Source of the DNA: Treponema sp. | Lineage (GTDB): Bacteria; Spirochaetota; Spirochaetia; Treponematales; Breznakiellaceae | DNA: 64,000 bases | Direction of reading: 5' to 3' | NCBI GenBank assembly: GCA_009784775.1 | Contig: WQXQ01000001.1 | Span: forward strand, 5,355 to 69,354 | Program-made: the position numbers and the translations under genes | Notes under the pieces: generated by a model | Database searches by the model: none | Told to the model about the DNA's origin: nothing | What the model saw: only the letters and a program-made list of their open reading frames with translations | Shown here: positions 13,201 to 18,321 of the stretch, in pieces | Numbering within the stretch: the stretch's first letter is position 1 | Layout: each line of letters starts with the position of its first letter

Positions 13201-13263
13201 GGTCATGCTCCGTTCCCATACCTTGGTCCGCCAGTGCTAAGTCCTGCGCCTACGGACAGGTAG
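7258..13263 (+). CDS. Giant (2001 aa) Ig-repeat surface lipoprotein, paralogue of the upstream gene
   Basis: AAGGAG RBS, lipobox LLLT-C then ETPIGLG. Three DGxYG...F.Y.V..G Ig-like repeats, D..AP..P motifs, and a C-terminal VKIDCRTPGS module shared with the upstream protein. Confidence 0.8.
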   Translation: MKTGKLYIKLFAVSALVFLTPLLLTCETPIGLGSKISITGPILSITGPTPVSGQKDVQVGSFFTLEGFSTGDTAATRLEIQMTYFDSITSTLVPLGREWRYDRFWQWKKDSDVAWQRYTENDYKDSGLPAPSWVVSGHNVTWSLPIALNGLPKGDYFFTIRAWNATGNSDANSVQKLKAVHDNENPELKITNLNVLRFGTGFFTPEPPEEFDTYVYEPIHNWGATATYISNWINNTLEFGWNIDKPIIGNYSLMIEITNRHNLYTNAGKVLYYRYEWNGAGVLPRYGMFTDRANPPAGYTKVGNAIPVSELVPRDLVTGQPTGATHPENTYVPMQIVVWLKDGNGNEDNVHSKGWFAYWPKTDEPWVHIAFGYKEDPNRETPLNAPNLAFIWSGTTNDRSIAYDNTGLDSLSWKLYKLPENSLEPVNDGVPGSKGSRNNPWEGEVGFPDNGREKHWDFEAKSEFGTGFFKIIVTVKDIPHGKQGVYTAYFSIESNATPTIKNRELLSPSMTDALLGDDDRGNFLIKGIAQIEDSDTIGVNAASVERVTIVWINPQNQNRAMESILEYSDRNYGNWRKVLEEPLTNGYWQDPNGNRIWEVAAIDWVASTDGNNNGNDQEDYYFEKQLNIFTDLDIAPGKNPSGSQTFLIRVQSNEVGGKSLASVERFTPQGDSSDPVLTIDEIVVYKHNSSTGNYEEKIYSSISEDDFEMISTINRNDKMKIKGSWNDNSREKWSGLAPAVLKSYFNDFSITWNGEQINIDMETLPGSYFDVNGKWETGEYVFTDGNTDPIVFLSASITDHNNNRGSKDITLFLETDNPTMIRISSITGDGEYGENKDTNPNVFGIQNYIDIFLEFNKHVQFFENRGAHPYYPPNPLKVPYLELNNGGRAFYFAENGDTRIIFRYFINGIPDPEFLPTAVSGYGGDSSNGRLNVDRIVFSDEYPQTSLVSVDGGTAVIIPVNAVFNPSSLLSLAGGKNLVIDKVPPVIETIVTTAGSLIPHGDGSRIYIMVNFNKTVVIPSAANAENFYLNLKGGNLTEKGAKAIFDNVAGAASITFRYDVEEGHDTSEYGEYLSIDSITIDEFNITDIAWNTFDLDAANNSLPNEGRLNTNLTIDTVAPQIPSITGITANRSYYENTSFNITGLESRNVTVEYCLDYDPSNPENAIWVTVQQSIYPIQGNTTNHYYINNIPLTINGTYHIAARQRDNATKPNVSENPEVANVVESVIVDKGPLLTRLGSSTPDGIYGDGDTIDIDLIFRIPVYLPEQTISGSTASLTMRNMSSGSPIPTAALKSISPDNKTYTFSFTVNGHSTDRLDVASLVMGNLQFYDGPNTSNILVNQWINIANVPADAYGYRLPKSIEIMSGTPERTVIAVNDDEIRITFNRDIYRGDTREKLLIKQIATGYRIPVVLTEERWAELFIGRSDITGFTDVQWRGIGNQLYQRGTNGASVGTGNTLVSDTTIKYVLNYSIDTSDNGMGHISGITPALTYQTLRDSLRTAEALSFYALDKEVEIENITVDGQLRPRLLKVSLANFDDLMIKGATYQWAVPNGFVKDFLETPNGGSISGYDSTMTSGDPENAAHNNNVHRLPVSGIEEPVIRINKGQIEQIIPVGGQRQAHQPLRSEVKIDCRTPGSVMRYRTRQTTDSVGRLIMRNINLTMSANYNYWNWDTLRHPNIPFLLPHLGTQQQNQGGIDSFERTKRRPQSGNISAPLVSGTYANDEMNYWVPMGNWPEWINLAPNYTAPFTIGTGSYNDGGMEIHIHAQSRRADAGNWEDVVYAYEAAYRSVFAFNNTNLNNNNCNRNIASGSGAATVLPGNPPTFTENTSASYSGNPDIAIRARMYIRGGDSTSGEPSIPDFPIARDRSLSRKARLMTPLSIPGNSALGNSANGYSNFIDNSFIPASYQSHGHYLWVWVTWGVNVYAYIDFFSGLMHQTESYHTETKDFYGAFIPSKEHYPVIPGRTTVVETRGAYNLQADGGHAPFPYLGPPVLSPAPTDR

Positions 13264-13269
13264 TGAGTG

Positions 13270-13292
13270 CGAGGGGTACTTTGTACCCCTCG
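13270..13292. terminator. Hairpin between convergent genes, probable bidirectional terminator
   Basis: Perfect 10-bp stem CGAGGGGTAC-TTT-GTACCCCTCG between stops at 13263 (+) and 13299 (-). No long U tract. Confidence 0.6.
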
Positions 13293-13298
13293 TGACTT

Positions 13299-13652
13299 CT
13301 ACACATGAACCCCAATGGCTTCGCGAATGGAGTCTACCAGGTTTTTCCTGTCGGGGAGTTTTCCCATAATGCCAGGGATTTCAACTATTAACGGATAACA
13401 ACCGGAGAGCTGCCAATTGATCAGGTATTCATCCAGCCAGTTGGCGGCTTCTTCGGTTACAATCAGTACACGACAGCCTTGACCGTTAGGCAGCGAATCA
13501 GGTAAAGCGATACCAGCCTCTTCGACCCAGCCTTCGGTGATGCGCCTGAACACTGCGGCAGCTTCTTCCGCGTCATATACGGCCGTTCCTTCAATGCCGA
13601 TAAAACGGAAGGCTGTTACCAGCTCCGGGTCACCGATAATGTAATAATCCAA
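13299..13652 (-). CDS. atpF: V/A-type ATP synthase subunit F
   Basis: YYIIGDPELVTAFRFIGIEG...LIVEIPG...IREAIGV, the subunit F signature. TTG start, in the operon position after K. Symbol follows V/A-type nomenclature. Confidence 0.85.
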   Translation of the reverse strand: MDYYIIGDPELVTAFRFIGIEGTAVYDAEEAAAVFRRITEGWVEEAGIALPDSLPNGQGCRVLIVTEEAANWLDEYLINWQLSGCYPLIVEIPGIMGKLPDRKNLVDSIREAIGVHV

Positions 13653-13662
13653 TTGAGAGAGC

Positions 13663-13983
13663 CTACAGAATCAGTATCAACAGAGCAACAAGAAATCCCC
13701 AAAGACAGATTCCTTCAGCCAGACCGACATAGGGCAGCGCTTTTCCCGAAAGCTCCGGGTTTTCGCTCATTGCGCCCATTGCCGCAGCGCCGATACGCCC
13801 AACCGCAATGCCGCCGCCAACGCAGGAAGCTCCCACCGCAATAGCTGCGGCAAGATACCGCCACATTGCAGGCGCACCATTGCCGGATGCATCGGCGTTT
13901 TCCGCGCCTGCAATTTCCTGGGCAAATGCTGCAACACCCAAAATCAGAAACATTGCAATAACCATTAGCACTCTTCGTTTCAT
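13663..13983 (-). CDS. atpK: V/A-type ATP synthase proteolipid subunit K/c (single hairpin with N-terminal signal-like extension)
   Basis: GGGIAVGRIGAAAMGAMSENPE...GLAEGICLWG, with the carrier Glu in helix 2. Confidence 0.9.
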   Translation of the reverse strand: MKRRVLMVIAMFLILGVAAFAQEIAGAENADASGNGAPAMWRYLAAAIAVGASCVGGGIAVGRIGAAAMGAMSENPELSGKALPYVGLAEGICLWGFLVALLILIL

Positions 13984-13993
13984 AAAAAACTCC

Positions 13994-16015
13994 TTACTTG
14001 TTAAAACGGAACGGCGAAAACGCTACCCCGGTACTCGTGAAAAATTTACCAAAAAATTCATAATATTGCAGGCGCATCACCTGAATGGCAACAATCAGTC
14101 CTTCCAGCAGAATGATAACCAAGTTTCCAAAAACCAATACAAGCAATGCCGAAACAGAACCTGCCACAGTGCCGGTATTGGCCAGGTCCTCGGTAAAACG
14201 GAACACCACAAAAGCCAGTATAGCATGAGACAGGGCAAAGGCTCCAACACGAAGGAAACTGGCAGTGTTCGAAAAATAATTCGATGCGGTTTCCATCATT
14301 TCAACAATGCCTTCCATTATGAATGCCATAAGACCATGTTCCAGTATGGGCTGCGTACGGGTAATACAGCGCCAGATAACCGGACCGAAAAAAATACAGA
14401 GCAGCGGGATACACAAACCGGCAATATCAAAGAACTCAAAGGTGACACCACGCCCCCCAAAAATACAACGCAGGCCAATACATATCGCATACCAGAAAAA
14501 CAAAAGGCCAGCCAAACCCGTCTTGGTAAAAAATGCCTCCCTATACTTTTTCAGTATACAACAATTGACAATATTAATAAGCAGTCCCAGTGAATTAATG
14601 ATAATCCCTATGCCTATGGTAAAACCAAAAAAATAAAAAAGCTTTGTTATACTGCCGCCCTTTTCCGCCAAAGGCAAAATCGTCAAAATCCTGTCCATGG
14701 GCTGACCGGTAAGAGCGGCGGTAATTGCCCTTGTAGGGGCGATTAACAAGTGTTCACTGGTAAACATTTCGCCGGTAAGAAAACCCATAACCATTGAGGC
14801 AATACCCACGGTAACCAATGGAATGGAAAATTTACTGAATCGGGCAAGCTGCTTCAGGCCGTGTTTGCCGGCAAGCAGTCCCAGCAGCAACAGTACAAAA
14901 CCCTGGCCCAGATCACCAAACATAATCCCAAAAAGCAATGTATAAAAAAAAGCGACCAGCGGCGTTGGATCAATGGCCCCGTATGGCGGCGCGCCGTAGG
15001 ATAACACCATACCTTCAAAGCCTTTTACAAAAGCGCCATGTTTCAGGGAGACAGGTACTTTTTCGCTGCCATTACGCACTTCGGGAATTTCATTGGGATT
15101 AAAAACACGGATAGCCGTTCTGCCGCCGGTCATGCTTGCAGTATCTGCGGCAAGCTGCGAAATCATATCGGCGGGAACCCAGCCGGAAAACAGGTAAATG
15201 CTGGAAGTGCTGGTAAGCTGCGATTTAAGCCGCTCAACGGCAAGAACCATAAACAACAATGATGCCAATTTTTGCAGGGCTGCCTGAAGCTCATCCCGCA
15301 TCTGTATTTTTTCGCCATTAATTTTTACAAAATCACGATCAACGCCATCAAGCCGCCGCTGGAGTCCTTCAAGCAATTCAGAAGGCACACCCTGATACGC
15401 TTCGGGAATTGCTATTATGGTAAATCCGCATTTTTTTAATTCGGTATCCAGGGCAAAACGGCCTTTCCGGGAACTTGCCGCCAAAACCCGATCATCTCCC
15501 AAAGGGACAATTACCGCGCGATTGACAAGCCGTTCTTTCAGTTCAGGGAGTTCCGCCGGATCAAGATGCCCAACCCGCAAGGTCAAATATGACAAATGAT
15601 CCAAATCCGAAAAAGGCGCATTCAAGTTGGCGAATGCGCGCGCTTCATTATAGGCTTCTTCGATATGCTGCCGTTCCTGCCGGACAGCCAGTTCCCTTGC
15701 CTTAAGTACATCAATCGCAGCGCACAGCTTTTCCGCCAGAGCTTTAGCCCGGGATTCAGTCTGGTCCTCAGCCGTTTCTCCACACAGGGTACTGTCCGCC
15801 GCCGGTTCGGTTGGCAGCTCTATTTCCAGAAATTCAGCGCAAGCGTGCAATCTGTCCAGCAGTGTTTTTATCCGCGCAGAACCATCGCTTTCCGTATTAT
15901 CCTCAGCATGGCTAAAGTGCATTGCTCCATTGCGGCCAAGGTATTCGATCACATTATCAATATCGCTTTTGAGCACTGTCATTTGCACACGTTTCATCTT
16001 GCGGGGGTAAATCAT
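13994..16015 (-). CDS. atpI: V/A-type ATP synthase subunit I (a)
   Basis: MIYPRKMKRVQ start, DPTP...FGIMFGDLGQG, SFLRVGAFALSH, RLQYYEFFGKF. Confidence 0.93.
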   Translation of the reverse strand: MIYPRKMKRVQMTVLKSDIDNVIEYLGRNGAMHFSHAEDNTESDGSARIKTLLDRLHACAEFLEIELPTEPAADSTLCGETAEDQTESRAKALAEKLCAAIDVLKARELAVRQERQHIEEAYNEARAFANLNAPFSDLDHLSYLTLRVGHLDPAELPELKERLVNRAVIVPLGDDRVLAASSRKGRFALDTELKKCGFTIIAIPEAYQGVPSELLEGLQRRLDGVDRDFVKINGEKIQMRDELQAALQKLASLLFMVLAVERLKSQLTSTSSIYLFSGWVPADMISQLAADTASMTGGRTAIRVFNPNEIPEVRNGSEKVPVSLKHGAFVKGFEGMVLSYGAPPYGAIDPTPLVAFFYTLLFGIMFGDLGQGFVLLLLGLLAGKHGLKQLARFSKFSIPLVTVGIASMVMGFLTGEMFTSEHLLIAPTRAITAALTGQPMDRILTILPLAEKGGSITKLFYFFGFTIGIGIIINSLGLLINIVNCCILKKYREAFFTKTGLAGLLFFWYAICIGLRCIFGGRGVTFEFFDIAGLCIPLLCIFFGPVIWRCITRTQPILEHGLMAFIMEGIVEMMETASNYFSNTASFLRVGAFALSHAILAFVVFRFTEDLANTGTVAGSVSALLVLVFGNLVIILLEGLIVAIQVMRLQYYEFFGKFFTSTGVAFSPFRFNK

Positions 16016-17040
16016 GACGTCACCTCAAGCATTGCAAATACGTCTTTGCCGCTCATCCCAAGTGCCAAACCTTCCGCAATGCTAATCAGCAGATCTTCCT
16101 CATAGTGTTTGAGTTTGATATAGCAAAAAATGGAACTAACCGAAAAAGGCATGAACCGGAAACAGCGCCGGGACAAACGGTAAATATACCGCGAAGCGGC
16201 ATTTTGAAAATAGCGGGGATCAACGGTCCACTGCTCCCCCGCTTTTTGTGGATTGAGCAATTTTTCCCATCGCCAGCCATTCCAGGCCGGCCGGGAATCC
16301 AGCGGAAACCGCAGGGATTTACGCGCTTCTGCAGCAAGGGAAACTGCTTCGTCGTGCTGGTTTTGGCCGAACATTTTCAGATCCATGAGATACCTTGCCG
16401 TCTCATCTTGATCTTTTTTGAAATAGGTACGCAGCCGCAATGCCCAAACACAGTTACGCAGGGAAATTTCTTCAGCAAGAATGCGCTGGGCATAGAGACG
16501 ATCGGCGGCGGGAAGACCGCAGATACTTTCGGTCAGCAGTGTATAGTACTGTCGATCCAGCGCTGCTTCGATAGCAGTAAGATCGGCGGGTTTAGGGTCT
16601 TTGGGAAACTGCGTAAGAATAAAGGCAAACTCGGTGCCGGCAAGCATTGCGGCAAGATTGGGATATTTGGAAAAACGCACAGTGCTGAAACGGCCAATGT
16701 CATTAAACGCGGGCGGAGCCGTTTTTTTACCGGCGGCAATATGGTGCAAACAGGTTTTGAGGCCGGCATATTCGCAGGAACGAAGCTGCAGAACAAGCGC
16801 CTGCGGCGGAATGGAATACGAATTAAGTATAACACGTATATGCCGGACAGTCCGCTGCAGAATCCTTTGTTCAAGATTGGCTAACAGCTCCTTAACCGGC
16901 AGCTCCCTAACTGCTGCGGGAAAAACAAGCCGGTCCAACTCCTGCAATGAACTCATCTTTTCCAGTGCAGCGATTCGCTTTCCGATAAAAGACTTGCCAA
17001 TAATACCGCATGCTTTGGCATAGGCAAAGTCCGGCGTCAC
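16012..17040 (-). CDS. atpC: V/A-type ATP synthase subunit C (V0D/AC39 family)
   Basis: FAYAKACGIIGKSF start, EEISLRNCVWALR, YIKLKHYEEDLL. ATGA overlaps with both neighbours. Confidence 0.8.
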   Translation of the reverse strand: MTPDFAYAKACGIIGKSFIGKRIAALEKMSSLQELDRLVFPAAVRELPVKELLANLEQRILQRTVRHIRVILNSYSIPPQALVLQLRSCEYAGLKTCLHHIAAGKKTAPPAFNDIGRFSTVRFSKYPNLAAMLAGTEFAFILTQFPKDPKPADLTAIEAALDRQYYTLLTESICGLPAADRLYAQRILAEEISLRNCVWALRLRTYFKKDQDETARYLMDLKMFGQNQHDEAVSLAAEARKSLRFPLDSRPAWNGWRWEKLLNPQKAGEQWTVDPRYFQNAASRYIYRLSRRCFRFMPFSVSSIFCYIKLKHYEEDLLISIAEGLALGMSGKDVFAMLEVTS

Positions 17041-17345
17041 TCCTCTTCCTCCACAAGCCTGTTCATCAAGGCAGAAAACTGGTCCATATTAACCGCAACG
17101 GAATTTATTTTTTCTTTATATGCATCCAGTTCTTTTTGATACTGCTGCCGTGCATGATCTTTGGATTGCCGTAAATCGCTTTCCAGTTCCCGGATTTTCC
17201 TGTGGTAATGTTCCTCGTATGCGATACGGTTTTGTTTTTCCGCCTCAAGCACCCGCCTATCCGCTTCTGCCTGAGCATTGTCTACCAATGCGGCAGCCTC
17301 GGATTCGATTTCAAGCAGATGGCCAAGGACCTCGTCGTTATGCAT
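17037..17345 (-). CDS. V/A-type ATP synthase peripheral stalk subunit G/H-like
   Basis: 102-aa charged coiled coil (LLEIESEAAALVDNAQAEADRR) overlapping the subunit C start. Confidence 0.65.
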   Translation of the reverse strand: MHNDEVLGHLLEIESEAAALVDNAQAEADRRVLEAEKQNRIAYEEHYHRKIRELESDLRQSKDHARQQYQKELDAYKEKINSVAVNMDQFSALMNRLVEEEE

Positions 17346-17346
17346 T

Positions 17347-17826
17347 TTAACCTAAAGCAGCATCTATATTGCTCAGCTCGTAATTACAGATTACCTTGTA
17401 TGCGCCCTGTACGTCTTTTTGCGATTGTAAATCGGCATAGAATTGAGGATCTTCAAAAAGTTCCGCCATACGCTTTAGAATATGCAGATGTGTTTCTGTT
17501 TCCCCATACGGCGCAATAATCATAAACAGTAAATAAACCGGCTCTCCATCCAGGGCATCATAATCAATCCCTTTGCGGGAAATACCCAGTACACCGCGCA
17601 CCATATCTACCGCAGTGGTACTTCCATGGGGAATTGCTATGCCCCTGTGGACACCGGTTGACATTTTTGCTTCCCGTTGTTTTAACGCAGTTAAAAGTTC
17701 TTCCCGGGCGCTGGTTACACCTGTCTGGCACAAATGATCTACCAGCTCCTCGAATACCTCGTCTTTATCTTCCGATTCCAGATTAATCTTGATACATTCA
17801 AGCGGAAATACCTCATGGAGAAACAT
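17347..17826 (-). CDS. PTS IIA domain protein (fructose/nitrogen-regulatory PtsN type)
   Basis: REAKMSTGVHRGIAIPHG phospho-His motif, GIDYDALDGEPVYLLFMI. GGAGG RBS. Confidence 0.88.
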   Translation of the reverse strand: MFLHEVFPLECIKINLESEDKDEVFEELVDHLCQTGVTSAREELLTALKQREAKMSTGVHRGIAIPHGSTTAVDMVRGVLGISRKGIDYDALDGEPVYLLFMIIAPYGETETHLHILKRMAELFEDPQFYADLQSQKDVQGAYKVICNYELSNIDAALG

Positions 17827-17846
17827 CAGTACCCTCCCGGTTTGGA

Positions 17847-18257
17847 TTACTCGGCAGCCCCGGTTTCCAAAACCTCGTCCGGAATGTCGTTCAGAATAAA
17901 ATCGCTTTCCGGCATATCAAAAAGATTAATATCCAGCGGCGGATTTATCTCATCCTCCAACCAGTTACCAGTATCCGCTTCTCTGGAAAGCTCTAGGCCT
18001 TCCCTTTCAACCCCTGCGCCGCCGGGTGTCCGGTTGAGCAAGGCCAGGCCTAAACTAATAATGAGGAAAAGTATCCCCAATACTGTTGTAGCTCTGGTGA
18101 GCACATTTCCCGAACGGGAACCAAAAGCAGAGCTGCTGCCACCGGCAAAAATTCCGCCCAGACCGTCCCCTTCTTCGGTTTGCACAAGTACCAGCAATAT
18201 AAGCAGGATGGCGATAATAACGAAAAAAACCAAAAGAACCGTACTAAGAATACCCAT
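17847..18257 (-). CDS. secG: Preprotein translocase subunit SecG
   Basis: LVLVQTEEGDGLGGIFAGGSSSAFGSRSGNVLTRAT, two TM helices and an acidic tail. Confidence 0.93.
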   Translation of the reverse strand: MGILSTVLLVFFVIIAILLILLVLVQTEEGDGLGGIFAGGSSSAFGSRSGNVLTRATTVLGILFLIISLGLALLNRTPGGAGVEREGLELSREADTGNWLEDEINPPLDINLFDMPESDFILNDIPDEVLETGAAE

Positions 18258-18321
18258 TTACCAAACTCCAAACATAAAATCTACCCTTCATTATGCCAGA
18301 AGCAGCACAATTAGGCAAGTG

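Noticed and set aside
13808-14593. Long antisense ORFs (e.g. 4584..5411, 13808..14593, 16105..16884, 42291..43145, 58796..59581)
   Set aside because: They lie opposite well-supported genes and lack RBS and recognisable motifs, so they are shadow ORFs.
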